A stretch of DNA of 64,000 nt, from the NCBI RefSeq assembly GCF_000150275.1, contig NW_002060949.1:3912449-3976448 (forward strand). Reading direction: 5' to 3'. Made by a program: the position numbers and the translations under genes. Numbering within the stretch: position 1 is the first letter of the stretch; each line of letters opens with the position of its first letter. The notes beneath the pieces were generated by a model that saw only the letters and a list, made by a program, of their open reading frames with translations, was not told the DNA's origin and searched no databases. Source of the stretch: Trichoplax adhaerens. Lineage: Eukaryota > Animalia > Placozoa. This document shows, in pieces, positions 26,168 through 39,966 of the stretch.

Positions 26168-29100
26168 TATAATTCTTTAGAGTTTTTTGCATATTCTGAG
26201 TATCTTACCAAAATTTCTAAAATGATCAAAAGTTGCTTATTAGATTATTGATATTGTACTATTTCTCTACGGTTATCATATCCTCAATATAAGTATTAAG
26301 GAATTAAAATCAGGAAAAGAATCTTCTACGCAAAATGAAATTTGTACAACCCTGTTGAGCGTGCTAGTAGCATTGCTAAATAATAAGTTCCGTAAACTGT
26401 CGATAAAAACCATTAAAGGAGATTGATAGATTACTGCTGGAGTTATCATATTTTTCTACAAAAAATCAATCAATAGTGCTATAGTAAATTATGAAGCAAA
26501 TTAAATAACTGCTGAAAGAATTCACATTAATTTCATCTCACCATGCGTAAAATACCGGTGATGAAGTTTAATATCGTCCAGTCATTTATCCCCTGCATTG
26601 CTCATATGAGACCCCTTGCTATAACATCAAGCTATGTTATGTATAAGACGGATAAATATCATGTCAGTTCTTACTGACTAAAGACGGCTACAGAAGGCAA
26701 ATTAAAAATACGTGTAGGACCAATAAATAGAAAATAGCTTTTGCAAAGCATTTTGCCTATCATATCAGGTAGCCATAATTTAGATTTTACCGTAGCACTG
26801 GAGTAAGGGCAGCTAAAAATTGATCGAACCCTCGTGCAGCAATATAAACTTATCGTAACGATAATAGTAGAACCCTTTCACAGGAAAAATAAGTTTACAT
26901 CTTGCTATGATGAAATTACTCTTTAGTTATTTCTATGGTATTTTCCATCGTCGACTGAACTTGATCCTTTCAAAACTGAAATGATGTGGTATTTTAAAAT
27001 TTGATTTCTGTCTTGTAAAATATTTAAATCACTGCATTGACTTTTTCCTTTAATAAATTAATCTTAAAAAGGATGTACTATAACACATTTAAAGCTTATC
27101 GAATTTCCGTTTAATAAATTATTCACTATGGCTAATTTAATCTTTAATCACCTGCTAACGATTGCAATGCAAGATGCGTCTAGAGTAAAATAGGATGAAT
27201 ATATTTACTAAATATAGGCAAAATTAGTTCATAGTTGATTCTCAAATTTTTTAAGCTTATTTCAATTTATTCGAATTTTAATTGCTATTTCTTGCCCTCT
27301 TCCTGTAATAACTTATTAATACACTGCTTTCTATCCACTTTGATCATTATTAGCGGCATTAAACGAAAATAAGCTACAATATTTAAAATAGTAATTACTC
27401 CAGCAAGGAATAGATAGAAGTGGAATAAAATTGCAGCAAAGAAAGGAAAGCATTCATTTTTTCAGTTAATTGTAGCCATAGACATTGATTTTCCCCCTCT
27501 ATTATATCAGTAATTGAGATTTATTTTTAGCGTAATAATATTGCAACTAAAATAAATTTGATCAGGTAAGACAAACTGTAGGAATGATCAAAACTGAGGA
27601 GAAACAATTTTTAGCTCCTTTTTCATTAGAGCTAGGTCTAAACTATCTGATTTACTGTCTGTAAGGTCAGAAGGAGAAGAGTTAATAAAGAAGCGAAAAT
27701 AACAGTAAAATAATCAATCTTTTAGGTTTACTATACTTGAAAGGGATTGACTTTCTGCTACATTAGTTAGATATTACCTGTTTATTGTCTACTTTAACAA
27801 TATCAAGGTAAAATCCATCGTTAGTATAGAGGTCTGTAAAAGCGTATACAAATCGACTGGTCCAATATTAAAGTTAGAGCTATTACTAAGTTATTTTCGT
27901 GTAGTGACTAGAAAGATGGAAAGAATAAAAATCGATAACGCAATGAAAGTAATGGTAAAATATATCGAATCTTCCGAGCTTTTTATTATACTTCAAGGAT
28001 GCTAATTTCTCTTCTGTATTAGCTTAATACGCGTATTTGCTATTTCTTCCAAGAGAGTAAAGTTGCCAACAGTATCAGATTTAATAAAAGTAAATCGATC
28101 GGCAAAGAGAAAAAGTACTACAGTAATGGGCAGGAACTATAACGATATTAGACTATTACGCATTTTTAAGATGCAGTCCTAAAGATATTTAAAATGTAAT
28201 TTAATTAATTAATAATTTTTAAAGTATGTCGAGAGATAGTTAGCATATGTAAATTTAATCATCCTCCGTGTGTATAACTCTCGGTATACCCTAACTTCTA
28301 TCCTAAAAAGGGGCAAAAGAAAATATGAAAATGCATTTCATAGTTTATCAAGAGTAGAAAAAGTGAATAATCCCGATTAACCATAACTCAATCCTGACTT
28401 TTGTCTTGAAAAAGAAGTGAAGAATGAAGGGAAACATGGAAATAATATCTAACATTCAGAATGAAAGTAATATTTAATTAGAATTATATAAGATTTTTGT
28501 TGATGACAAGGATAGTGAAATGACTGCTTCCATTCATTGGTCTTATTTCAACAATTTATATGATTACAATCCTAAAACAAATTAAAATTACCCATTTTAT
28601 TTATTGTAACTAACTTTCAATTTTGAATTTATCAAGTCAGATAGAAATTTTAATTCAGTACTCCAGTAATACCTTCTTCTCAAACTAATCTAATCTTCTT
28701 TAAATTATACAATAGATCATCTACTGTAGACTTAACGTCAGACACTTAATTTGTTCCATTATTATTTAGTAACTATATTATTATTTGATTGCTTCCTAAA
28801 ATAAATTAGACTGTCTTTAATACGTAAGTTTAATTTTGTTTTACCGTTTATGGAGTTAAGCCCATAACGACTGAAATGTGACTATTAAAACAAATGCAAA
28901 TATTCTAATTAACTAATATGTAATTCTGTTATATTCAATGTAGCTATATGCTGATGTAGAAAATTTTCCCTAAGAAATCAGAATAATTAATAAGCCGCTT
29001 AAATTTGCTTTCTTTTAGAATAATATTTTTTAAATGAAAGCTGTTACTAAGCGTATAACTAAAACAAATACATGTTTAATACGTCATCTTTCAACATAAT

Positions 29101-29820
29101 TTCTAAACATAAACTATATTTATTTAAGCAGTGGATTCATTAACAATTTCAGCTTCGTCTTATTGCTATTAACTTCAATCCTTTCCATCCTTTCTATTCG
29201 ATTAAAGTGTATTGTTACTGCAATAATAATACCTCTCGTTATGCGGATCGTAGGCATACATAAAAGTATCAGAATGGTAAGTTACTTTACTCAGATAGAA
29301 TTACATTTCATCTTTATCATTACCTCAATTATTAACTCTAATTTAATCCTTCAGCTCTTCTATTTCTTTAGAAATAGAAGAACTATATTATTGATTTAAA
29401 TAACTACATAAATATTAAGAAGACTTAAAATAGATGGAAATGAAATTTAATTTAAGCCATAAAATTGAATTCGTCTATACAATAAGTAAATTATACTTTC
29501 TACGTAAAAGCTATTAATAGTATAATATAGAAAATCAGGAATAGTAATGACTTATTTACTAGTTTTATTACAGTACACTGTAACTAAATTAAGCTAAAGT
29601 TTTATTTTCATTGCTAATGTAGTCCATATTTTCATTTTGGATTATTTTCATATATATTTTGACATTTTTCTCCTTGAAATTGATTCCGGCATTTGGAATG
29701 GTTACTATGGAAACTTCAACTGAATGATCAATTCTTGTAATCAATCGCTCTTGACACCGTAATGTATCATTGGATTTGATTGATCTTCAATTAAAATATG
29801 GCGGATTTTATCATGATCCG
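26168..29820 (+). pseudogene. Disabled 5' (TM1-TM5) exons of GPR158-like class C GPCR locus 2
   Basis: Exon-like blocks: 26168 onward (KMIKSC / IDIVLF, frameshifted TM2); 27726-27807 (TM3, in-frame TAG 27764); 28023 onward (LIRVFAISSKRVKLPTVSDLIK, ICL2-like); 29153-29276 (TM4); 29623-29820 (FWIIFIY...LKLIPAFGMVTMET, TM5, with in-frame TGA at 29725 and 29752, ending GGFYHDP). Confidence 0.5.
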
Positions 29821-29911
29821 GTTAATACACTTTCATTCTATTTGCTTTAAACATATGTTCGCGCTTTGTTATTTTATTTAAACTGGTCTGCTACGTAATA
29901 TCTATATATAG

Positions 29912-30726
29912 AATTTAATTATAGCTATCGCTCCAGTTATTACCAATGCTTTAGCTATTGTTGCAATAGCTATGGATTTTGCCTCTGATTTTCTACCTTG
30001 GAGATCTCCGCGAAATATCATTAGTATCCTTACGGTTGGTATCTTGGCTTGTGTCTGCTTATGCAATGCAGTATTTATTATCAGATTAAAGTATCGAAAA
30101 GAAGAATGGAAAGTTACTGGTAGCGATAGCCATCATCAGGTAAAGTTAGAACTGATCTTGCAGGCATACATGTCCTACCCATAATTATAATTAAACTCGG
30201 GGATAGAAAATCAATATAAGGAATAATATTTAAACGTAGACTATAGCTTCCATTGAATACAATAGTAATTCTAAGAAAATGATGACAGGTCAAGACTAAA
30301 TTTATCCATATCAGGAAATGACAGCACAAATATTAATGTTATGTTCAAAGGAATAAAACTCAATTATTGTCCTGAACGTCATAACTGTAATAAGGAGAAC
30401 AATTTGGATATAATTATTATACTTTGTAGTACTTTTAGTCGTACAAATTTTTTTATCATCAAACTTTATTACTTACTGTATGATATAGCAACGCTTTAAA
30501 CGACCATTAATCTGATACTAAATAAAGTCATATCTAGAGAAATTAAGCTTTGTTTATTTTATTTTTTGACCATACGCTATTGTACTTTATCGGTATTGGG
30601 AAGGAAATCCTATCAGTTATGGCATATCTATGCATTACAATAGTAAATAGATGATTGAGAACATCCTCTTTAATTTATGTACGAATTTATCATCATGTAA
30701 ATACATCCTACATATACTATATATAC

Positions 30727-30757
<31 letters not shown>

Positions 30758-32132
30758 AAGTATAAATAGTGATAGATAGATCGATAAAACGATAGTATCA
30801 ATCTTTCTTTGTAGGATTAGGATTTTAGATAAAAGTTCTGTTTTAATATTATTGACAAGCTTTATCTAACAATCTATTGGTAGATTAAGAATTAAAAACA
30901 ACTTCTATGATCTATTAACCTATAGAAATGCAACGGTATACAATTATTCTGATTTTTGATTTAGTAGAAGCAAGTGTAATGTAATTCGATTTAGTAGGAG
31001 TTATTTCATTATAATTTGATATGAAATCATGATATTTGTAACGCTAAATAAATTCCTCTGTTATTGCTGAATATTTACAGTAGATAGCCATATAGTAATC
31101 ATTTCATTGTTATAAAATGATCAGATTAATAATATATTATCCTTCTCATTGCAGTTAGAGAAAGAGGCAGAATTAAATGATAATCCAGATAATTTTATTC
31201 CACGAAGCGTAAGTGCTTACACACAGGATGGGCCACGTCGTGGATCTTGCATAAGTATGATAAAGAAAATTGTTTCTCCCGATTACGACGATAATTCAAG
31301 TCGAGCAAGTTCAGCAAACACTATAGTTAAAAGTTTAGTAGTTAAAGCTAATGTTCGCGATTGTCGTAGCGATTCCAGATCGTTTAAGAATCTCAGGCCT
31401 CAAAGTTATAATATGGCATTATCTACTTCATCACCTCAACTAAATCGATTGACATGTAATGGAAATGCTACTGATCAGCCGTCTATTTATGTCAATAAAC
31501 AGACATTAGGAAGCGATCTTCATATGTCTATTAACAGTCATGGTGGTAGCACCACTGGTACCAGAGCTACTGGCATTCGCCGTGTTTCTAAACAATTTTC
31601 TAAATGTCTCCTACCCGGCAATCATGGCAATAGCAGTAGTAGTAAACACTTAGATATGAAGAGAAGAAAATCAGGCGAGAGCTTTATCGAAGAATGCTCA
31701 AGAACCTACTATTCAGATACTCCTATAGCTCGTAAATTTGAAGCAGAAAGGAAATTATTAAAGAATGAACAGACTCTAAAAGACTTATTAAGTAAAGGTG
31801 ATTATGACGAAGGACAAGCCACTAATTTAATTGAAAAATATACCGAAGTTATCGCATCTGTCAATAAAGACTTTATAGACTGCGATTGGAAAGAATATGT
31901 CGCTAAAGCTAATAGTAGAATCGGCAAAATTTATCATTGTATGCTTAAAAACGATAGAAAAGCTAAGCAATATTATGATAAATGTTTAGATATCGCTACA
32001 TGTGAATGTCGTAGTCATAGTTGGTATGGAGAAGCTTTAATTGCGTCATGCAACATTGCTATTAAGACCGATTATAAAGGAAATATTAAAATTATAACGG
32101 ATGGAAAAAGAAGCAAGCAATCCAACATTTAA
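29912..32132 (+). CDS. Open 3' exons of GPCR locus 2: TM6-TM7, long Ser-rich cytoplasmic tail and C-terminal TPR-like helical module
   Basis: Exon 29912-30139 (76 open codons, two hydrophobic segments, cag|gtaaag) joins in phase 0 to exon 31155-32132 (325 codons plus stop). The tail contains YVAKANSRIGKIYHCMLKNDRKAKQYYDKCLDIA, a TPR-like pattern. Confidence 0.65.
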
Positions 32133-34102
32133 TATTAGTTGTACTTCTTTAAATGATGTTTTTCTATATAATTGACCATAGTACTTATACTCTTTGCATA
32201 GTATATCAATGTTGCTTTTTACAATTACAATTTATTTCCAAATTCATTCTCCTGATATAATCATGTCTTTTTGCAATTATTGCCTGTTTGCTGCTGTATG
32301 TTTATGCGATATAATGAAGGTATTCAACAGTTGATGATGGAAAGGAATAGGTAATGCTTGTATTTGCTGACATCATATTCAAAACAGAAGGTTTACATAT
32401 TAGTTAATTAGTGACGATGATATACTTACTTATCAAGTACTCATAGGTATATCATATTCCTTTCCTAAAGTTGGCTTTCTGCAATTGAAGGCATCTACTT
32501 TGTTTTATCATGTGATCTTAAAAAATTTTAAAATTAAGTAATTTATCGTAAACGACATGATCGAAATTTAAATGTTATTCCTTGTTAAATGGAATGTTTT
32601 GCAACCAAATTTTGCTATTGCTATTGACATAAAATAGGATATTTTGTTAACTGCCCGCGACGCTTTTAGCTACTAATGAAAAAACGAAAACTTATATCCT
32701 GTTTGTTGAAGTAGATATAGTACAATAAATCAAGTAGATGTAATTAGAAACTTCAGTTCACAACGAAATAATACAGGAATACTGCGCGTAGATAATAAAT
32801 ACACTTATCTATCTAATAGTAATAAATGAATTATTAGTTGGATTCAATTTATTTATGTGAATCTTTTAAATCGTTGGTATTTAAGCAACTGTTTTAGATT
32901 GTCTTAACTAACTTTTCTATTATAGCCATAAAAAGGTGAAATAAAGGCCGTCGGTCTAGATTAGAATTGATATATCTATGCATGTTACGTAAGCATTTAA
33001 AATCCTGTCATCTTTATGAATGTATTAATATGGTGGCTTATACTTAAACGTCGCTAATACGTATTACTAACATACAAGTCACAAATACCAATCATAACCA
33101 TTGTATACGGCTGTCCATTTGGTATTCACTGTAAACTTAAAATTTAGAGTAATTTTGCCTATATTATTATTGATCGAATTCGATTTTATAATGCATTTTA
33201 AAAATGTGTTTACATGGTGTAATAAAGTAACCGTTCCTGTGTTCTTTATCATTACTCTTAACCTCATTATTTTTAACTGTAAAACTCTTTAGATATCAAT
33301 ACAATTAAAAAAAAATTTTATTATAATACAATTGTAGCAATCGTATCCCCGAGTAAACGCATTCAATTTTAGTGTATAATACAGCAGTTCTTAAAACAGA
33401 GACGCTTTAGTTCTTGCCGATTGATGATATAGCTTAGATGCTCTTCCATGAGATACAGTATTAGTAATGATTTCAGTTCTCGTTCAACAGTTTTACTAGT
33501 GCAGACAGACAAGAAGAACTAGTTATAAAATCGCATTCTACTTACGAGAACGTTTTAGATAAACAATATAAATGTAGAAAACCTATTCTCATACCCTTTC
33601 CTAAAACCTAACTTGCTCATTTATGCCGATAAATTTTCTATCTAAATCTGATGAATTGTAATACAACGTAATATCTCGATATATGTTTTACAGTATCATA
33701 AAATAACGTAATATACAGGTAATTCATTTTCGCATACTAGCAATTATTGCATAATAACTTTACCTGGCTCTATTTCGCGCGTAGTCAGCTGCGAAATATT
33801 TCTTATATTAGTGTTTTTTTAGTTGTAAACAAGTGGATAAAACATATATAATTTTAATGCATCGCCAGGAAATAAAATGGCAAATAGGCCTCGATAGTTT
33901 ATCTCTGTCATAAGACTGATTCATCTATGAGGCCTTAAAGGATAAGTAAGTGTACAAGTACAAGCAATATGCACATCAGTTAAAACTGCTAAATTTGTAA
34001 CCGCCACGCTTAAGGCCTTATTTAGAACGAAGTGGGCGGGCAGCAGACGGTTACTGATAGATAAATTCATCAAATACGGATAGCTACAATTTTTAATTCG
34101 AA

Positions 34103-37100
34103 TTAGCGAGTCCTTTTCTTATTACCAGCCCCTCGTTGACGATTTCTCATTCTGCCTCGCTTTTGCTTATCAAATAGCCTTTGTTTTTGCCGACGGAGCT
34201 TTAGTATCTGCTCCTTACTTCTTAATTCTTGCTTAACTGGCTTCTTTTGTTTGCCTCTCTTTCGATCTGTAACAAAGCAGCAATTAATTAGGCACCGTAA
34301 TGAATGGGTGATAATTCAAGACGTAACTTATTTAGAAAATATTACTAGATAAATTATATGGTGAAATCATCAGATTTTATGACGATGGCACATAATACGA
34401 GAGTGCTTAAAGATACATACCAAATTTCTTTGAAAATTCTGCATTATCATCTTGATCATTATCAATTTTTCTACGATAACCGGTCTTCGATTTTTTAAGC
34501 CAGTCATTATATCTATAACACGTTGTTAAGGTCTTTGACTCTAACCTTCAAAGAAATTTTATTAACTACTGGCATTAGGCCATATTCAATGATTCTTTCA
34601 TTCATCAGAAGAAAAAAGAATAGTATTTAGGAAAGATACAGGTTAGATTTGTAACTGGAAGCTATTCTCTTTCCGCTTTCAGTGCGTATTTTTTTCCGTG
34701 ATTTCTCACTGTTCTGGTTGACAAACTTTTTCTTTTTGCGATCCCTACAGGATGTCATTCACAACATTACCACAGGCAAGTAATCAAAAACAGCATAATT
34801 CTAATTTAATATTTTGGAATTCCTACCATTTCATTTGCTTTTTTCCGGAATGCATATTTTGTACTTCATCACCGATTAAATTTAATTCAACTTTGCCCAC
34901 TTGGTTATGGAATGCGGATAGCTTTAATCTACAATTACGAATTTAAACCCACAGTACTCAAAATGTTTATTTAAATCTTTGACATATATAATTTCGACTT
35001 CATAAGATTAACGCAAGTTCTGGCCATCAAATAGTAGTTACCCTTTTTCTGAGGCATAGTCTTGCGGCATATAAGGCACATAATTTTTATCTCTAACTGG
35101 TTCTCCTTCACCAGCTGCAAATCCCAAACATTACTGCTATTAGTATGCAGTCATTAACAAGGTTTCATTTAAGTAGTATATTTACGGAGGGTTTTAGCTT
35201 TTTTTCTCTTCCTAGGGTCTACAATCTCTGTAAATACACCCTATAGCGTAGTAATAACCAAATTAAATCATAAGTTATCGTATATTAATAATAATCAATG
35301 TCACCACACAAGTACAAACAGTTATTCTTTAATTACAGTGGTATAATCTTCATCGGCCTTTTCTAATGTATGAGAATTGCTAGGATCATTTGACTCCAAA
35401 GTATTTTTACGCGAGTTCGGTTGTTGCCTCCGAATAACAGCAGAGTGATAATCTCTAAGCGAATAGGGTAATCGTTAAATGAGTTACTATTCAAAATTTA
35501 ATGCTATAAAGGATAGAAACTGTACCTTTTACTTCTCATAACCTCCGCAGCTTTCGAGTGTTTCGTCCCTGTAGATATCTCGAATATTGTCTATGATTGT
35601 TATTTGAGTAATAATTAAAGGTCTAGCAATAAACAATACGTAAAGTGGTATGCTATTTTGAACCTGCTTTGGAGTAAAACTTTTGATCTCAGTTAAAAAT
35701 TTAGCTTTGGTAGTCTGAGATTCATCGGATTCTAAGATTAAACAATTACTACACGTTATATAATTTATTAATTATATGTGAGTTATGGCAGTTTATATAC
35801 ATACCAAACATCGGATGGGCAACAATTTCACTGAAATTTATGTCTTTTGCACGCTTAACCGATGCCGTAGATGGCAGCGGACGACATTTTAAATAATTTT
35901 TGTATGCATTTAATGCAACCTTAGATAACGAGGGCTAGAAAAAATACAAATATAACTAAATACGTAAAATCATCATTTATCAATTGTATGCATTCAGAAA
36001 TAAATTTGACTGAATATTAGATATCAATTTACCAAATCTGATGAAAAAATTTGCAAGGTCTGCAGAAAGTCTTCTTCTCTGTCGATTATTTCTTGGGGTA
36101 TAGCTCCAGTGATACCATTCTCAGGATCTATTGTTGCATCATATTATATAAGTTTAATTGGTATAAAAAAGCATATCATTTATCGATAGCTGAATACCGA
36201 TTTGCTAAGATTACCGTTAGCAGCAGTTGTGTCGCCAGCGAACCGTAACGGACGTCCAAGAAATAAATGTAAATCAATCAGATATGGTAACTGGATTAAT
36301 GAAGGAAAATATTAATGAATTATTAATTTTATGGCCCTTTAATATGATTGATAACACAAACTCAACCTCATCGTTTGCTAAAAAGCTATACGCAGTCCCA
36401 GATCGGCCAGCTCTTGCAACACGACCTGAACAAATAATATAATTAATTTAACGATTCGGTAAATATTCTGACTTTAAAGTTATGTTTTACATGTTGTGTT
36501 AATAACGAGAAAGGTATGCAATGCAATATCATACCAACACGATGGACGAATAATTTTGGTTGTGCTGGAAAGTTATAATTTATGACATTCTCCAAGATAG
36601 GAATATCTATTCCGCGAGCCTATGTAGCGATACATCAATCCGATTCACTACTAAGTATCGTACTTTTATTAGTTTAAGTGCGTTTAACTGCAATACGACT
36701 TACAGCTACATCAGTAACGAGCAATATTGATGTTTTCTTGTTAATAAATTGGCTGATGCTAATTTTACGGGCTAAAAATGACGAGACCATTACTGTCAAT
36801 GCAACTACTAAAATGTAAACTGGTGTTGTAATCACTATCTGACAGACCTGTCTGATCAAGATTTCCATACACGCAAGACACGGCAAACTTCGCTGCCACT
36901 AATAGCTGGTAAAGGAAACATGAACAAGATTAAAATCATTTCCAAAACCTAAAGTCTAATAATTAGGAGCTTACCTCCTTTAAGTACTCCGCATGATGCC
37001 TTGTTGCAACAAAAATTAATGTTTGCTGTTTGCTTTTGATAACATTACGAAGTAAATATAACAGTGCAGCTAAAATAGTGGCAGAATATGGAATAATGAT

Positions 37101-39395
37101 TTGACATTAGTACTGTAGTGATCGTAACTAACTACGTAACAATATCATATTTTGCAAACCAAATACTAGCAATGGCAAAATAAATAATTCATAAATATTT
37201 TTATAGATACCTGTCCTATCCTGAGGTCTGATACAGTAGAATGCAAGCTAAAAGAAGAAATATACATGATTTCTACATTAATTAATAGCAATACTCTATC
37301 ACAAAATAGGTACGCAAATATAGTAATAAGAATAATCTGCAGCTACCTTGAGATTTTCACTTAATTTATGTTCAACATCCAAACGAATTAGAATTGGATC
37401 AGTAAGGCCTATAATCATATACAGATTTAAAGCGATCAACTAATGATAATAATCACTGTCAAATACTCATTATATCAAGTAGACGATTCTTATCAATTGT
37501 TCACCCGCTCTGGCAAATTCCACCAGTAATTTTGGTAAAGTTGCTGAGAATAACATTGTCTGCCTAATATTATATCCAGAACTAGTTTAGAAATCTTAAA
37601 TTGTTTCATAGTTAGATCGATACCAATGACACGCTAAAATTACCTGGAAGATGGTAACCTTCGTATAATCTCCTGTAATTGTTCATGAAATCCCATTTCG
37701 AATAGCCTGTGTATAAACAAGGATTTTGGAAACATTCGGTTATGATATTTACAACGGTAAAACATTAATTTAGATTTAGTGCTTATGTGGAGTCCTATTT
37801 CGAACCTATCTGCCTCATCGAATACCACATATTCAATATAGATTAGTTTTAAGTTCATTTCAATTACTAAGTGTAAAAACCTTCCAGGGGTGGCAATAAT
37901 ACTAAAGCAATAATCAACATTATTTTACTATTTCGTTTATCTTGGAAGAAAGCGTTAAAAATTGATTTTAAGAGCAATAATAAAAAAAATATTTCAAATT
38001 AGAAATTAAATTACGAATAGTTACATGTCAGGGTTCTCATGAATTGCTGCGAATTGATCGTCCATTCTTGTATGTTGAGAAGATAGAATTGCAATTTTTC
38101 ATTTATTTTAATGAAAGTCGTTTTGGTAATTGTTATAGATTTCTAATGGTATAATACGCGTAGATATAGCGAACATGCAGTGCTTCTTACCTGTCACCTC
38201 CAAGAACAAGAGCAGTCTTTAAATCAGTAAAGCGCCCTAACTACAATATGAGATGAATAGTTTCATTTAGCAACTATATCTACAGCAATTGTATTAACTA
38301 AAATTACAATATAATACGTAGTTAATAATATGTGTCGAAAGAATGGCTTATAGAAAATCGAATATTAAGTCAGCCATCAATACTCACTTCCTTGACGAAT
38401 TTATGGGTCTGCACGGCTAGCTCACGTGTTGGTGATAAAATAAGAGCTCTAGCGCCACTCTTTAACAAAATCAACAATTAATTTACCGGCAGGTATGAAA
38501 CATTGATTTATCAATTATAGGAAGCTGATATACCTGAGAAGAATGGGCCTTCAACTTTTCAAACATAGGAATTAAAAAAGCCGCAGTTTTTCCAGATCCT
38601 AAAGCAGGAAATTGCCATTATTGATACGCAGTAAAGTTTATGTTGTTAAAATATTGGCTAAATGAAATATATGTAAGCTAGTATGTACTGAATGAGTGGA
38701 TTAGTTTATTTTAGCCAGGTAGAAACATTGTCTTATGAAACGCATTTAACTTGACATTTTGTACAATTGGTGCCTTTCGTATATAACAGCTAGAGACGCT
38801 GCATAGAATTTTACTTTACCTGTTCTAGCCATAGCTACGACATCTCTGCCATCCACAATAATAGGGATTGTCTGCGTTGATAAGGCAATATCGATTAAGG
38901 GATTACATAAAATATAACTAATGACGCAATAGCATTATAAGAAGAGTCAGAAATAAAAAATGATCTGATAAATATCAGGATAATAACTCATATTGTTTGT
39001 TATACTTTGCGTTGAATTGGCGTGGGTAATTTATAGCCTTTTTTCATGACACCTTTGAATACGACATGACTCAAGCCTAGAAATAGAAATATCAATGTTA
39101 TGAGCCCGTTTCAATAAGTTATAATCGCATACATCTGCTGGCATATTGAAGTATATACAAATATAACAACAATTGCATGTGTGCAGGATATCGGTAATAT
39201 TTCAAATAGCTGCTAGGACATTTGAAAGAAATAACAAGTCAACAAGAAATTGATATAACATTTACCCATAGATTGAAAACCTCCAGACTTTTTCTTTTTT
39301 CTATTCTGCTGTCGAATTAGCTTCCTAGTCATGCTTAGTTCATCTTCGCTATGATTATCGTCTATTACCTCGCCGTAACTGCCATCTACATCCAT
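34103..39395 (-). CDS. DDX54: ATP-dependent DEAD-box RNA helicase DDX54/DBP10 (60S biogenesis), many short exons
   Basis: N-terminal [15 protein letters not shown] signature; Q motif [11 protein letters not shown]; MARTGSGKT; SPTRELA; ATPGR; VFDEADR; FSATLP; ARGIDIP; [13 protein letters not shown]; DBP10CT-like [18 protein letters not shown]; basic C-terminus [13 protein letters not shown]; stop at 34103-34105. The start ATG at 39395 is inferred. Confidence 0.95.
34513..34639 (-). other. U12-type (minor spliceosome) GT-AG intron in DDX54
   Basis: The 5' splice site is GTATCTTT (U12 consensus GTATCCTT). The branch site CCTTAAC (34531-34525) lies 12 nt before the 3' end. There is no polypyrimidine tract. 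Confidence 0.75.
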
Positions 39396-39596
39396 GTTTA
39401 TGCTTGCAAGCAACAGTTAATTTGACTATGTCAATGTTCCAATGAAAGTCTAGTCCGCCTGTAGAACAGCATCGTTAGTCTTAAAGGGTAGCTCATTGAT
39501 AAAGTTTGTCAGTATGATCCATCTAATCATATACTATTACATCCACTAAAAGCTAATTAAAAGCTACAGCCATTACTAAAGCTGAGTTTCCCATAA

Positions 39597-39966
39597 TCCA
39601 AGCTATACACTATGATATTGTTACGTCTACAAGCTTTACATTTTTCATAGTTTCATCTTGCAATCGATGCAAGATTTGTATTTGTATCGTATTCTAACTG
39701 CAAAAAGCTGCAACGTCTATCCAAGCTATACTGTACACTATGATATTGTTACGTCTACAAGCTTTACATTTTTCATAGTTCCATCTTGCAATCGATGTAA
39801 GACTTGTATTTGTATCGTATTCTAACTGTAAAAAGCTACAACGTCTATCTAAGCTATACACTATGATATTGTTACGTCTATTAGCTTTACATTTTTCATA
39901 GTTCCATCTTGCAATCGATGCAAGACTTGTATTTGTATCGTATTCTAACTGCAAAAAGCTGCAACG
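39597..39966. repeat. Young tandem repeat, 3 copies of about 123-128 bp, upstream of DDX54
   Basis: Near-identical AAGCTATACACTATGATATTGTTACGTCTA...CATCTTGCAATCGATG...TATTCTAACTGCAAAAAGCTGCAACG units. Confidence 0.95.

Noticed and set aside
29725-29754. Selenocysteine recoding of the in-frame TGAs
   Set aside because: The same locus also has a TAG and a frameshift, and no SECIS was recognised; ordinary decay is more parsimonious.
33368-33930. Small minus-strand spliced gene downstream of DDX54
   Set aside because: Splice-like signals exist, but the phases are inconsistent and the peptides are unrecognisable.
39694-39954. 86-aa ORF with an internal repeat
   Set aside because: It is a by-product of the non-coding ~125 bp tandem repeat, and the unit lengths do not keep frame.
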